A stretch of DNA of 64,000 nt from Candidatus Latescibacterota bacterium (GCA_965203175.1 OZ241867.1:4288001-4352000); one strand, 5' to 3'. Positions 45,868-57,708 are shown, numbered from the stretch's first letter. Notes: generated by a model not told the origin, from the letters alone. Numbers and translations are program-made.

Positions 45868-48800
45868 TTAACTAAAAGCAGGATGTATTCGTTTGATGCC
45901 CAGTTTTTTCATGCGACTATACAGAGTAGAAGACGGCAATCCTAGCAGAGCCGCTGCGCCTTCGGAGCCCTTTACCTGCCAGTTGGTGGCCTCGAGTACT
46001 GAGAGGATGTAGCGGCGTTCAAATTCATCCAGAGACATGATTTCGCGTTCTGGAAAAGCTGGTAAGTGAAGGAGAGCTCTGCCGCTGGTTCGAGCTCCAT
46101 CCCCATCAAGTCCGAGCTCCTCCACTTTGATGCGGGTACCTTGGCATACGGTTACAGCCCGCTGCATGGTATGCTCCAGTTCTCGCACATTCCCCGGCCA
46201 ATGGTAGGTTTGCAGCGCCGCCATAATTTCTGGCGTCAAAGCACCGATTCGCTTGCCCAGATGCGCTGCCATGCGATCCTTGAAAAACTCGGCCAAGAGG
46301 GATATGTCCTCCCGGCGCTTGTGCAGGGGGGGCAAATAGAGCGGAAAAGCTCGGAAACGGTGATAGAGGTCTTTGCGGAAATCACCTGCGCTGACCATCG
46401 CCTCTATATCGCGATTGGTCGCTGCCACAATGCGCGTCTGCACTGCCAGCGTCTTACTACCCCCAAGGCGCTCAAAAGTGCGCTCTTCCAGTAAGCGCAG
46501 CATCCTGGTCTGCGTTGTCAGCGACATATCGCCGATCTCATCTAAAAAGAGCGTGCCCCCCTTGGCTAGTTCCACCTTGCCCAACCGGCGGGAAACGGCA
46601 CTGGTAAAAGCCCCTCTTTCGTGACCAAAGAGTTCACTATCAATCAGCGATTCAGGCAAAGCACCACAGTTGATCTGTATAAAAGGCCCATCGCAGTAGG
46701 CACTCAGTGCGTGTAACATCCGCGCAGCTAGTCCCTTACCCACACCCGTCTCACCCATAATTAGCACGGTCAGATCAGTGGATGCCGCCTTTCTGAGCAT
46801 AATTTGAAATTGGTGCAGGGCCGTGCTCTGACCGATAAATTTTTGGCTTCCCTGACTGTTGAGTGCAGTAGTCAGAGCTTCGATGCGCGGATCTGGCTCT
46901 ACCGAGAGCCGTACCTGCGCTATTTGGGAGTAATTGAGGTCGCGATCTACAGCCCTGACCTGGAAGGTGTAGTCGCCCGGCGGCAGGTCTCGATAATGGG
47001 TCCGTCTATTTCGGGTCGCTGGCTGCCAGTCGGGATCGTGTCCGTGCAAGCGGCAGATGTAGAGCATGTCGTTGGAAGGGGTGGAAAAACTTAGGCCCTT
47101 GTACTCGAAAATCACCTGCTGGTCTGTAGTAGATAGGATGACTTCCTCCGCCGGATTCTCATAGACCTGATCGGCGATCACCTGAAGCAGGCGAATCCGG
47201 GGCGGCGTTTGCCGCAGACGGTAGCGTATCACAGAACCGAGGACGGTGCCAAACCAGAAGGTTCCGTCGCGATCTTCAAGTATCCGGCAAACCAGTCCTA
47301 TATGCGGTGAGTTGATGGTCTGGAAGAGCCGACCATCGTAGTGAACCACGCCACCGTGGGTACCGAGCCAGAGGTGTCCGCGCCGGTCCTCGAACAGGCA
47401 ACGGATGTGGTTGCTCGGCAGACCGTCTTCCGTCGTGAAGGTGCGGAAGGTGCTGCCATCAAAGTGACTGAGACCGTTTGCAGTGGCGATCCACACGTTT
47501 TTATGGCGGTCTAATAGCAGGTCGGTGATGTTGTCGTCTAGCAGCCCGTCTGCAATCCCATAAAATGTAAGGCCATCATCGGGATGCCAGCGAGCCAAGC
47601 CGGTGCCGCTAGCAGCTAGGCCGTCACTACTCATCAAATGGAAATAGATTTCGTTGTTGCGCGTGGCAATCACAGTGCCAATGCGGCTGTACGGTGTTTT
47701 TTTGTCGTCCTCCACAAAAATGGTTTGGAACTGCTCGTCCCGCTGGTACACGATCTTCAGTGGGCTGGTATAAAGTCCTTTTATTGACTCAGAGTCGTTT
47801 TCCCAATAGCCGAAAAGGAATTGTCCTTCCCGGTCTTGGGCGATGGCGCTGACACTTTTTCCGCTTAAGCATGCGATGGGTTCTCTTTCCTTCAGTTTCT
47901 GTCCGTCGCAGCGGAACAGGCCCATGTGACCGCCAAACCATAGGTTCCCGTCAAAGTCCTCGTAGATGGCAAAACAGTTGCCGATATCATTGCTGATATC
48001 ATTGCCGATATTATAGATACGCTCGGTCTCTACAAATACAAAGTGCTCGCCATCGAAGCGAACGACGCTTTTTTTTTCGGGATAAAGACTGGGAGACGCA
48101 TACCCGAGCCATATATGACCTTGCCGGTCTTGCACTACCTGTGAGACCTCGCCCGTGTTTTCGGGGCGCTCCGCACCGAAGGCGAAAACGCTGATACTAT
48201 GCTCATCGTAAACCTCGACACCGCCCCACGTGGCGAACCAAAATCGATCCTCGCGATCGTGGAACACGGCTTTGACTATGGGATGGGGTAGGCCATCGGC
48301 AGGCGTAAACCGGCTGAAGCCGTCACCGTCTTGGTAGAGCACCCCTTGCGAGGTGCAGAACCACCCCCGTCCCGCCCGGTCACATTGAATTTTGCGCAGG
48401 CCGCCAACCAGATCTACCTGAACAGACTGAAAGGCACCATTGGCATAGTAGTGGAGAATGTCTCGATTGCGCGGCAGACCAATCCACACCTTGCCGGTAT
48501 GATCTTGGCCCAAGACGTAGCTGATGTGGGCTTGGGGAAAACCCTCCTCCTCTTCGTAGCGGTGGAAGGACTCGCCGTCGAAGCGGATGAGATAGTCAAA
48601 TCCAAACCACAGATGGCCAGCAGAGTCCTGGGTAATGCCCCGACATAGGTTGGGCCACTCAGGCGAAGGAGGCTGCTGGTAGTGCTGCAGGTAGAGCGGG
48701 ATCAAGTCGTGGAAAGCACTGCCGTCATAATATCCCAAGGTACCCGGACCCCCACACCATATACGGCCCTGCCGGTCTTCATAGAGAAATTCCACGGAGC

Positions 48801-49113
48801 GGCCTAAGATGCTGTCGTCCTCCAAGTGGTGGAAAGAGGTGCCATCGTACCAACAGACGCCATTAACTGTGGCAAACCACAACCGCTCCTGACGGTCCTT
48901 AAGAATAAAATAAACCCGGTTACTACAAAGACCGTCCTGTTGGGTAAACGTCTGGAACTCATCCCCGTCAAAGCGGCCGGCACCGTTGTCCAAGGTGGCA
49001 AACCAGATATAACCCTTGCTGTCTTCAGCGATATGTTGGACGTGCACCCCAGGCAGACCATTGGCCACGGAATAAGTCCGCCAGGTACCCGTGCGGTCAA
49101 GTGGCTTAATCAT
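45868..49113 (-). CDS. Sigma54-dependent enhancer-binding protein with N-terminal two-component-regulator beta-propellers and Y_Y_Y domain
   Basis: Repeats of ED..G.LWFGT..G and DGLP.N. YRDLPPGDYTFQVRA. AAA+ GETGVGKG, ELFGHERGAFTSA, FLDEIGD, WPGNVRELE. C-terminal HTH AAALLGLPSSTLYSRMKKLGI. Confidence 0.9.
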   Translation of the reverse strand: MIKPLDRTGTWRTYSVANGLPGVHVQHIAEDSKGYIWFATLDNGAGRFDGDEFQTFTQQDGLCSNRVYFILKDRQERLWFATVNGVCWYDGTSFHHLEDDSILGRSVEFLYEDRQGRIWCGGPGTLGYYDGSAFHDLIPLYLQHYQQPPSPEWPNLCRGITQDSAGHLWFGFDYLIRFDGESFHRYEEEEGFPQAHISYVLGQDHTGKVWIGLPRNRDILHYYANGAFQSVQVDLVGGLRKIQCDRAGRGWFCTSQGVLYQDGDGFSRFTPADGLPHPIVKAVFHDREDRFWFATWGGVEVYDEHSISVFAFGAERPENTGEVSQVVQDRQGHIWLGYASPSLYPEKKSVVRFDGEHFVFVETERIYNIGNDISNDIGNCFAIYEDFDGNLWFGGHMGLFRCDGQKLKEREPIACLSGKSVSAIAQDREGQFLFGYWENDSESIKGLYTSPLKIVYQRDEQFQTIFVEDDKKTPYSRIGTVIATRNNEIYFHLMSSDGLAASGTGLARWHPDDGLTFYGIADGLLDDNITDLLLDRHKNVWIATANGLSHFDGSTFRTFTTEDGLPSNHIRCLFEDRRGHLWLGTHGGVVHYDGRLFQTINSPHIGLVCRILEDRDGTFWFGTVLGSVIRYRLRQTPPRIRLLQVIADQVYENPAEEVILSTTDQQVIFEYKGLSFSTPSNDMLYICRLHGHDPDWQPATRNRRTHYRDLPPGDYTFQVRAVDRDLNYSQIAQVRLSVEPDPRIEALTTALNSQGSQKFIGQSTALHQFQIMLRKAASTDLTVLIMGETGVGKGLAARMLHALSAYCDGPFIQINCGALPESLIDSELFGHERGAFTSAVSRRLGKVELAKGGTLFLDEIGDMSLTTQTRMLRLLEERTFERLGGSKTLAVQTRIVAATNRDIEAMVSAGDFRKDLYHRFRAFPLYLPPLHKRREDISLLAEFFKDRMAAHLGKRIGALTPEIMAALQTYHWPGNVRELEHTMQRAVTVCQGTRIKVEELGLDGDGARTSGRALLHLPAFPEREIMSLDEFERRYILSVLEATNWQVKGSEGAAALLGLPSSTLYSRMKKLGIKRIHPAFS

Positions 49114-49177
49114 GGGAAGGAATCTTTTAGAAATGAGCCAATAACTCTTTGCCTAACAGGTTATTAGCACATTTATA

Positions 49178-50556
<1,379 letters not shown>

Positions 50557-50560
<4 letters not shown>

Positions 50561-51882
50561 TGGCGCACTCCGAAAGTTAGCTCTTCGCGGGCTTGCTCGA
50601 TTTGCACGTCCACAAACTCGTTGGGTTCGGCCGGGCCGGCGAAGAGAACCTTAATGTAGTTGTCGCTCAAGCCGATCTGCAAACCGGTGGCCGGGTCTGA
50701 ACGTCCTTCGGCGAGGACTCGGAGCGAGCGGCCGACAAAGCGCTGGTGGAAGGCAAGTCGCTTGGCTGTGCCGAGGGCGATGAGCGCTTGGCTGCGCTCC
50801 TTTTTGACGGCGGCATCCTGGTGCTCGGGCAGACGCTCGGCCGGGGTGCCTTCTCGCTGGGAGAACGGAAAGACGTGGAGATACGTCAGCGGTAGGTCGG
50901 CCAACAAGGAGCGGGTCTGGGCAAAATGCGCGTCGGTTTCTCCGGGGAAACCGACCATGACGTCGGCACCAATAGCACAATCGGGGATGCGGCTGGCGAT
51001 TCGCTCGATCCGCTCGGCGTAATAGGCGCGGGTGTAGCGCCGCCCCATGCGCTTGAGAATGTGGTCGTCGCCGCTTTGCAAAGGCACGTGGAAGTGGCGG
51101 CAGATTGCTGGGGAAGCTGCGGCTTGGTCAATCAGCGCGTCGGTGACGTAACCCGGCTCAATGGAGTTGAGGCGAATGCGCTCTAGGCCGTCGATTTGCT
51201 CCAGTGCTGCGAGCAGCTCGACGAGGGCCTCGGGCTGGCCTTGGTCGAACCCGTAACGGCCCGTGTGGACGCCGGTCAGGGCAAGTTCGCGGTAGCCGGC
51301 CGCGACCATGCGTTGGGCTTGGGCGACGACTTCGGCGGCTGGGCGGCTGGCGCTGTGCCCGCGCACCGCCGGGATGATACAATAGGTGCAGTGTTCATCG
51401 CAGCCGTCTTGGATTTGCAGGCTGCCACGCGTGCGGCCTTGGGGCACCGCGCCGTCAATGGCGAGAAATTGCTCCGTGCGCGGCCTCGTCGCCGAGGGCG
51501 CGGGGGGCTCGGCACCCGCTAGATGCGATTCGAGCAGCTCGACGAGCTGGGCCTTCTGACCATTGCCCACGACCAAGTCAGCACCGGCCGCGGTGAGGTC
51601 TGCTGGTCGCCGCTGGGCATAGCAGCCAGTGGCAACGACTTCCGCGCTTGGATTGCGCCGCCGGGCGCGGCGCACAGCCTTGCGCGAGTCCGCATCACCC
51701 GCGCCGGTGACCGTGCAGGTATTGACCACGTACACATCGGCCTCAGAGCCGAAGGGCACGACTGAATAGCCGCGTTCGGTCAGACGGTGGGCGAGGGCTT
51801 CTACTTCGTAGGCATTGAGCTTGCAACCCACGTTTTGCAGGGCCACGCGCGCATTTGCATTTGCGGATGTTGGAGTGCCCAT
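50557..51882 (-). CDS. mtaB: tRNA t6A37 methylthiotransferase
   Basis: GCKLNAYE, VNTCTVT, IQDGCDEHCTYCIIP, LTGVHTG, LHVFPFSQREGT. Confidence 0.88.
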
Positions 51883-51951
51883 AAGTCCGTCAAGGAAAAC
51901 GAGATAGACTATAAAACTTAAAGATTGGCCCTCTCTGGGGCAATGGGCGGT

Positions 51952-54174
51952 TCAGGCGGGTTCGAGTTGGGCGTAGGCGACGGCGATGCGTTTGGTCCGC
52001 GTCCCAAAGCGGATGGAGAGTTTCATCTTTTCGCCGTGCCCTTCGCGGCTGACGATCTGGCCGCGCCCCCATTGGGGATGGCGCACCCACTGGCCAACGG
52101 CGAGGAAGTCGTCTTGATCGACAAACTCGTCGAAGCCGGGCGACTGTTCGGCGTCCCACTCGTAGTGGACGCCTTGGGCAGCCGGAGGCTTTTTGCGGCG
52201 CGGTGGTTCGACGCGTTGCCGCGAGCGGTCAACGCCGCGGTCCAACTCGTAATTCTGGGTTGTCAACTCGGCGGGGATTTCGCTTAAAAACCGCGAGGGT
52301 TCGGTTGAGAACTGCGAGCCGTACGTATAGCGGCGCAGGGCATAGGTGAGGCTGAGTTGCTCTTGCGCACGGGTCATACCCACGTAGCAGAGCCGGCGTT
52401 CCTCTTCGATGGCTTGGGGATCGGGATCGTCGACGGCCCGCCCCGTGGGAAAGAGGTTTTCTTCGAGGCCGCAGACAAAGACCAAGGGAAACTCTAATCC
52501 CTTGGCGCTGTGCAGGGTCATCAAGGTAATAGCGTTGCCGTTGCTGTCGTTTTCGTCTGCCGAGGTCAGCAGCGACTTTTCTTCGAGATAGGTGGCTAAC
52601 GTCGAGTCTGGGTTTGCGTCAGCGAACTCGGTCATATCGGCTAATAACTGGTCGAGATTCTGCAAGCGCGCTTCGGCTTCAGGGGTATTTTCCGCTGCGA
52701 GCATGGCGCGGTACCCACTCTTTTCGACGACGGCAAAGCCCAACTCGGGCAGGGAGAGGGCCTCGGCAGCGGCCACCAGTTCGCTGATCAGGTCGGCGAA
52801 GGTAGCGAGGCTTTTTTGCGCGCGGCCAGTGAGGTTGGGTACATCGTCGAGGTGTTCAAGTGCAGTGGAGAGGCTCCAGCCTTGGGCTTGGGCAAAAGCT
52901 TGCAGGCGATCGAGGGAGGTGTCGCCAATGCCACGACGGGGCGTATTGATGATGCGGCGCAAAGCAATGTCGTCGGCCGGGTTGACCAACAGGCGCAAAT
53001 AGGACAGCACGTCGCGGATTTCGCGGCGGTCGTAAAAGCGAATGCCCCCGACGATTACATAAGGGAGGCGGGCACGCTGTAGCTCCTCTTCAAAGGGCCG
53101 CGATTGGGCGTTGGTGCGGTAGAGCACTGCGGCATCCCCAAGCCCATAGCGTCCCAAGCGGTCGTAGCGGCGAATGGCATCGACGACGTGGCGGGCCTCG
53201 CGGCGGTCCGAGTCGCATTCGACGACCCCGACCGGGTCGCCCTCAGGGCCGTCCGTCCACAGCTCTTTGCCCTTGCGGCCTTGGTTGTGGCTGATGACGG
53301 CATTGGCCGCGGCGAGGATGCGACCGGTGGAGCGATAGTTTTGCTCCAGCCGCACGCTGCGGGCATCCGGATAATCGCGCTCAAAGTCGAGGATGTTGCG
53401 GATGTCGGCACCGCGGAATTGGTAGATCGACTGGTCGTCGTCTCCGACCACGCAGATGTTGCGGTGGTGAGCCGCTAGCTGGCGGCAGAGCAGGTACTGG
53501 GGCCGGTTCGTGTCTTGGTATTCATCGACGAGCAGGTGCTCAAAGCGCTCTTGGTAGGTTTGCAAAATGTCCGGGTGGCGGTCAAACTGGCGCACGACCT
53601 CGATGAGCAGATCGTCAAAATCAAGGGCTTGGTTGCGGCGCAGTTCGCGCTCGTAATCGGCGTAGAGTTCGGCGATTTGCCGTTGGTGCTCATTCGCTTG
53701 ATGAGCAAATTCCAACGGGTCGAGCATGGCGTTTTTAGCGCGGCTGATCTGGCTGATGACCGCGCGCGGGGCGAGGTCGCGCTCGTCGATCTGGTGGGCG
53801 TCGAGGACGCGACGGATGGTGGCGCGGCGGTCGTCTTCGTCGTAGATGGAGAAGTTGGGATCTAAACCAAACCCCTCGGCTTGGCGGCGCAGGATGCGCG
53901 CACAGATCGAGTGGAAGGTGCCGATCCATAGTTCGGTGGCCGCCGGTCCGACTAGCTGCTCAATGCGCTCGCGCATTTCGCCCGCAGCCTTGTTGGTAAA
54001 GGTCGCGGCGAGAATGCGCCACGGGGGCACACCGACTTCTTTGATGAGGAAAGCGATGCGATGGGTGAGTACGCGGGTCTTGCCCGAGCCGGCCCCGGCG
54101 AGAATCAACAGCGGACCGCCTGGGGCCTCGGCGGCGCGGCGTTGTGCTGGATTGAGGGCGTCTAGTATGGACAT
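51952..54174 (-). CDS. pcrA: ATP-dependent DNA helicase PcrA/UvrD
   Basis: LNPAQ, AGAGSGKT, TFTNKAA, VDEYQDTN, VGDDDQSIY, LEQNYRST, TLHSAKGLEF, EERRLCYVGMTRA, C-terminal Tudor-like domain. Confidence 0.9.
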   Translation of the reverse strand: MSILDALNPAQRRAAEAPGGPLLILAGAGSGKTRVLTHRIAFLIKEVGVPPWRILAATFTNKAAGEMRERIEQLVGPAATELWIGTFHSICARILRRQAEGFGLDPNFSIYDEDDRRATIRRVLDAHQIDERDLAPRAVISQISRAKNAMLDPLEFAHQANEHQRQIAELYADYERELRRNQALDFDDLLIEVVRQFDRHPDILQTYQERFEHLLVDEYQDTNRPQYLLCRQLAAHHRNICVVGDDDQSIYQFRGADIRNILDFERDYPDARSVRLEQNYRSTGRILAAANAVISHNQGRKGKELWTDGPEGDPVGVVECDSDRREARHVVDAIRRYDRLGRYGLGDAAVLYRTNAQSRPFEEELQRARLPYVIVGGIRFYDRREIRDVLSYLRLLVNPADDIALRRIINTPRRGIGDTSLDRLQAFAQAQGWSLSTALEHLDDVPNLTGRAQKSLATFADLISELVAAAEALSLPELGFAVVEKSGYRAMLAAENTPEAEARLQNLDQLLADMTEFADANPDSTLATYLEEKSLLTSADENDSNGNAITLMTLHSAKGLEFPLVFVCGLEENLFPTGRAVDDPDPQAIEEERRLCYVGMTRAQEQLSLTYALRRYTYGSQFSTEPSRFLSEIPAELTTQNYELDRGVDRSRQRVEPPRRKKPPAAQGVHYEWDAEQSPGFDEFVDQDDFLAVGQWVRHPQWGRGQIVSREGHGEKMKLSIRFGTRTKRIAVAYAQLEPA

Positions 54175-54176
54175 CC

Positions 54177-55208
54177 TCAGTTCGTCTGCATGCGCTGGGC
54201 CAGCTTGACTTGGCGCTTGGCGCGCTCGTGTTCCCTGTTGGTGCGGCTGAAGATGTGAGTGCCGTCGCCGCGAGCGACGAAGTAGAGATACTCGGTTTCC
54301 TCGGGGTAGAGTACGGCGAAGAGGGCCGTGCGGCCGGGATTGCTGATGGGGCCAGGGGGCAAACCGTGGTAGCGATAGGTGTTAAAGGGCGAATCCACCT
54401 CCAAGTCGGCATAGGTCAGCCGCTTCTTGTTCGTGCCGAGCGCGTAGTTGATGGTCGCGCAGGATTCGAGGCGGCGGTTGAGCTTGAGGCGGCGCTGGAA
54501 GACTCCGGAGATAATGGACTGTTCTTCGACGGCCACAGCTTCGCGCTCGACGATTGAGGCCAGCGTCACAGCTTCGTGCAGCGAGAGGCCAAGTTCATCG
54601 AGCCGCTGGTGTAGGGAGTCGGCGAATACGCGGTGGAACTGATTGACCATGAGGGAGGCGATGGTGTGTTCGTCGACGTCTAAGTCGAAGAAATACGTCT
54701 CGGGGAAGAGGTAGCCTTCGAGACTGGGCGCGGCCACGCCCAGTTGGCGGATGAGACGCGGGTCTTCGGTGGCGGCGATGAAGCGAGCCGAGTCGGCTAC
54801 ACCCGAGACTTGGAGTTGGGCCGCGATCTGGTGGCGATTAAGGCCCTCGGGGATCGTCGCAGGCTGGGTTTGGATGGGGGCCTTGAGCAGGGATTGGGCA
54901 ATGGCGGCTGTCGTACCGGTGCCGTCGAGCTGATAGGTGCCGGCTTTGAGCTGATGACCGAGGCCCTTGAGCCGAACGGTCCAAGCAAAGACGTGTGCGT
55001 TGTGGATTAGGTTTTCTCGCTCTAGCAACTGGCCGATCCAGCGGGCGCTCGCCCCCTGGGGGATGTGAATTTGCCGCGCCGGATATTCGTAAGTCGGTTG
55101 GTTTAAATACCACAACGCCCCAAGCGGCAACGCCGTCCCCACCAAGGCGATAGCCGCGATGAGTAAGAGCGCGCGGAACCAGCGTGCAGACTTGGCTTTA
55201 GTTGACAT
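54177..55208 (-). CDS. mltG: Endolytic murein transglycosylase
   Basis: N-terminal TM, TIPEG, LEGYLFPETY, LASIVEREA, SPFNTY...GLPPGPISNPG, YLYFVA. Confidence 0.92.
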   Translation of the reverse strand: MSTKAKSARWFRALLLIAAIALVGTALPLGALWYLNQPTYEYPARQIHIPQGASARWIGQLLERENLIHNAHVFAWTVRLKGLGHQLKAGTYQLDGTGTTAAIAQSLLKAPIQTQPATIPEGLNRHQIAAQLQVSGVADSARFIAATEDPRLIRQLGVAAPSLEGYLFPETYFFDLDVDEHTIASLMVNQFHRVFADSLHQRLDELGLSLHEAVTLASIVEREAVAVEEQSIISGVFQRRLKLNRRLESCATINYALGTNKKRLTYADLEVDSPFNTYRYHGLPPGPISNPGRTALFAVLYPEETEYLYFVARGDGTHIFSRTNREHERAKRQVKLAQRMQTN

Positions 55209-55347
55209 ACCGTCGGCCCTACCGAAAAAAGTAATTCGGGTGTGTCGAGTTTCGCGCCCATCTATAGAGGATACGGGCTGCGAACATCATAAGGTCTAGC
55301 GCAAAAGTATGAATCGGGATTTTTTTACAACCAAGACTGAGGACAAA

Positions 55348-55419
55348 AATCTATAAGAAAAGGAAGTCGGTGTCAATTTGCGCTGCTTTCTTGACGCTAG
55401 CAGGGAATCCGGTTAATTT
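55348..55419. promoter_or_regulatory. Back-to-back sigma70 promoters for mltG and the ABC exporter
   Basis: Minus: TTGACA (55376-55371), 17 nt, TAGATT (55353-55348). Plus: TTGACG (55391-55396), 17 nt, TAATTT (55414-55419). Confidence 0.6.
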
Positions 55420-55482
55420 CCCAACTTTTTGTCTTATCGCCCACCGCGCTCGACCTTGCGGAGCGGCTACAGGAGATTTCCG

Positions 55483-56436
55483 TTGGCCCCCCAAACAATC
55501 ATCAGCATTTCGCAGCTTTCCCACGTCTATGCGGGTACGCGCAAGAAAACTGGCCGCCGCGCACTCCACGAGGTCGATCTAGACATCCACTCCGGGGAGA
55601 CGATGGCCCTGTTGGGGCCTAATGGCAGCGGTAAGTCCACCCTCCTGCGCGTGCTGACTACCGCGCTGGTGCCCACCTCGGGTGCGGTGCGAATCGGCGG
55701 TGCGCTCTTGGAGCAAGACCCGGCTGCAGTGCGTCGCCAATTGGGGGTCGTCTTTCAGAATCCCGCGCTCGACGGTAAAATGACGGTCGGCGAAAACCTG
55801 CGGATGGCGGGTCTGCTCTACGGCATGAGCCGTCGCGTCGTGCGCCAGCGCAGCCAACAGTTGCTGGAGGCCGTCGGTTTGTGGGAACGGCGCAACGAGC
55901 GGACGGAGAAGCTGTCTGGGGGTATGCGGCGGCGCGTCGAATTGGCCAAGGTGCTGCTGTCAGCACCGGCCATTCTCGTGCTCGACGAGCCGACGGCCGG
56001 GTTGGATCCAGTGGCGCGCCAAGAGTTCTGGCATCAAGTGGAGGCCCTCAGGGAGGATGGACAGTTCACGGTCGTGGTCTCGACTCACCTCTTAGACGAG
56101 GCCGAGCGCGCAGACCGAGTCGCCATTTTACATCAAGGGCAACTACTCGTCTGCGGCCCTCCAAGGGTCTTGCAGCGCCAATTGGGGCGCGAAATCCTCA
56201 CATTGCGCAGTGATGATGCAGTCGCGTTGCAAACTGCACTGCGCAGCGCCATGGGCCTAGAGGGCCAAATCATCGATCAAGACCTGCGCGTTCCGCTCAA
56301 AAGCGACATCCGTCTCGACGAGGTATTCCAACGCTTCGGCTCCCAGATCCGCTCGCTGTCGCTGGCCCCCCCGTCGCTCGACGATGTGTTTGTGCGCCAC
56401 ACTGGCCAGCATCTCGAGGAAGGAAACGCCGCTTGA
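55483..56436 (+). CDS. ABC-2 type exporter ATP-binding protein (DrrA-like)
   Basis: GPNGSGKS, LSGGMRRR, LDEPTAGLDP, STH. TTG 55483 after AGGAG. Confidence 0.88.
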   Translation: MAPQTIISISQLSHVYAGTRKKTGRRALHEVDLDIHSGETMALLGPNGSGKSTLLRVLTTALVPTSGAVRIGGALLEQDPAAVRRQLGVVFQNPALDGKMTVGENLRMAGLLYGMSRRVVRQRSQQLLEAVGLWERRNERTEKLSGGMRRRVELAKVLLSAPAILVLDEPTAGLDPVARQEFWHQVEALREDGQFTVVVSTHLLDEAERADRVAILHQGQLLVCGPPRVLQRQLGREILTLRSDDAVALQTALRSAMGLEGQIIDQDLRVPLKSDIRLDEVFQRFGSQIRSLSLAPPSLDDVFVRHTGQHLEEGNAA

Positions 56437-57197
56437 CCGGCATCTGGATTCTGGCCCAGCGCGAAGTGCTGCGCTTTTTCCGCCAGCCTTCGCGGCTTTT
56501 GGGGAGCTTGGTACAGCCGCTGATGCTGTGGTTTTTCATGGGCTCGGGTTTTGCCGACAGCTTCATCAGCAGGAGCAGTGAGTTGAGCTACGGAGAGTTC
56601 TTCTATCCGGGCATCGTGCTGATGCTCCTGCTATTCGCGGCGATTTTTTCCACCATCACCCTCATCGAAGATCGCAGCGTCGGCTTTTTGCAAGGCGTGC
56701 TGGTAGCCCCAGTGCCGCGTCTGAGTATAGCGTTGGGCAAGCTGGTCGGCGGAACGCTCATCGCCCTCTTGCAGGTGCTTGTGTTTTTGCTGCTGGCGCC
56801 GGTGGCTGGCATTAGCTTGGCAGCGGAGATGATATTGGCGCTCTTGGCCCTCTGCGCGCTGATCGGCATGGGCTTCACGGGTTTGGGCTTCATGGTCGCG
56901 TGGAAGTTGGATTCAGTGGCAGGCTACCACTCAGTGATGAGCGTCGTTCTCATCCCCTTGTGGTTTCTTTCCGGTGCGCTCTTTCCCATTGAGGGGGCTG
57001 CGCCTTGGCTTGAGTGGGTGATGCAGTGCAATCCCGTGACCTATGCGCTGGTCGTTTTGCGCAAGGCGTTCTACTTGGTGCCGACTCAACTGATAGCCGA
57101 TGGGGCGTTTGTACACGCCCTGCTAATCACTGGGGGTTGGACGGTGCTGACGACCGTTGGTGCCGCTTGGATGGTAGCTCGCAATCGCGGCCCCTGA
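56433..57197 (+). CDS. ABC-2 type exporter permease (DrrB-like)
   Basis: About six TM helices, FFYPGI, LVAPV, FLSGALFP, NPVTY. TTGA overlap with the ATPase gene. Confidence 0.88.
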   Translation: MTGIWILAQREVLRFFRQPSRLLGSLVQPLMLWFFMGSGFADSFISRSSELSYGEFFYPGIVLMLLLFAAIFSTITLIEDRSVGFLQGVLVAPVPRLSIALGKLVGGTLIALLQVLVFLLLAPVAGISLAAEMILALLALCALIGMGFTGLGFMVAWKLDSVAGYHSVMSVVLIPLWFLSGALFPIEGAAPWLEWVMQCNPVTYALVVLRKAFYLVPTQLIADGAFVHALLITGGWTVLTTVGAAWMVARNRGP

Positions 57198-57199
57198 TT

Positions 57200-57613
57200 T
57201 CAGAGCCGGTAGAGCATCAGATAGACCACCACGCCGCTAACCGAGACAAAGATCCACGTCGGCCAGACCCAGCGGGCCAACCTACGGTGGCGGGCAAAAT
57301 CTTGGTTGTAAGCGCGCCAGACGACGAGGACCACAAAAGGGGCCATCAGCGCGGCGAGGATCACGTGGGGTATGAGTACGGCGAAGTACAGGGGGCGGGT
57401 CCAGTCGTAGTGAGGATAGGGCACTGAACCTACCTGAACGTGGTAAACCAAATACGAACAGAGAAAGAGCGCGGAACAGACGAGGGCGGCCAGCATGGAC
57501 TTTTGGTGGGCTTGGCGCGCGCCGCGGCGGATTTGCAGAAAGCCGCGCACGAGCAAAAGCGTGCACAAGGTGTTGAGACAGGCGTTTAGCGTGGGAAGAT
57601 CTGAGCTGGACAC
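57200..57613 (-). CDS. DUF420 family membrane protein
   Basis: LPTLNACLN, H..SML.A...SALFL.SYLVYH, LIPHVILA, HRRLARW..P.W.FVSVSGVVVYLMLY. Confidence 0.8.
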   Translation of the reverse strand: MSSSDLPTLNACLNTLCTLLLVRGFLQIRRGARQAHQKSMLAALVCSALFLCSYLVYHVQVGSVPYPHYDWTRPLYFAVLIPHVILAALMAPFVVLVVWRAYNQDFARHRRLARWVWPTWIFVSVSGVVVYLMLYRL

Positions 57614-57640
57614 GGGCTGAACAGGAAAGGGAATAATGTA

Positions 57641-57702
57641 AACGAGGGCTTGCGAGCCGTCCGACCTTCAGTACTGGGTCGACTAGTGCGCAAGCCCTCG
57701 TT
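57641..57702. terminator. Large hairpin immediately 3' of the tRNA
   Basis: 14-bp perfect inverted repeat AACGAGGGCTTGCG / CGCAAGCCCTCGTT enclosing an inner CGACC/GGTCG stem. Confidence 0.5.
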
Positions 57703-57708
57703 GTGTTG

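Noticed and set aside
47981-48012. Short 12-bp tandem repeat in the regulator gene (NIGNDISNDIGN)
   Set aside because: An in-frame micro-duplication in a probable loop, with no sign of phase variation.
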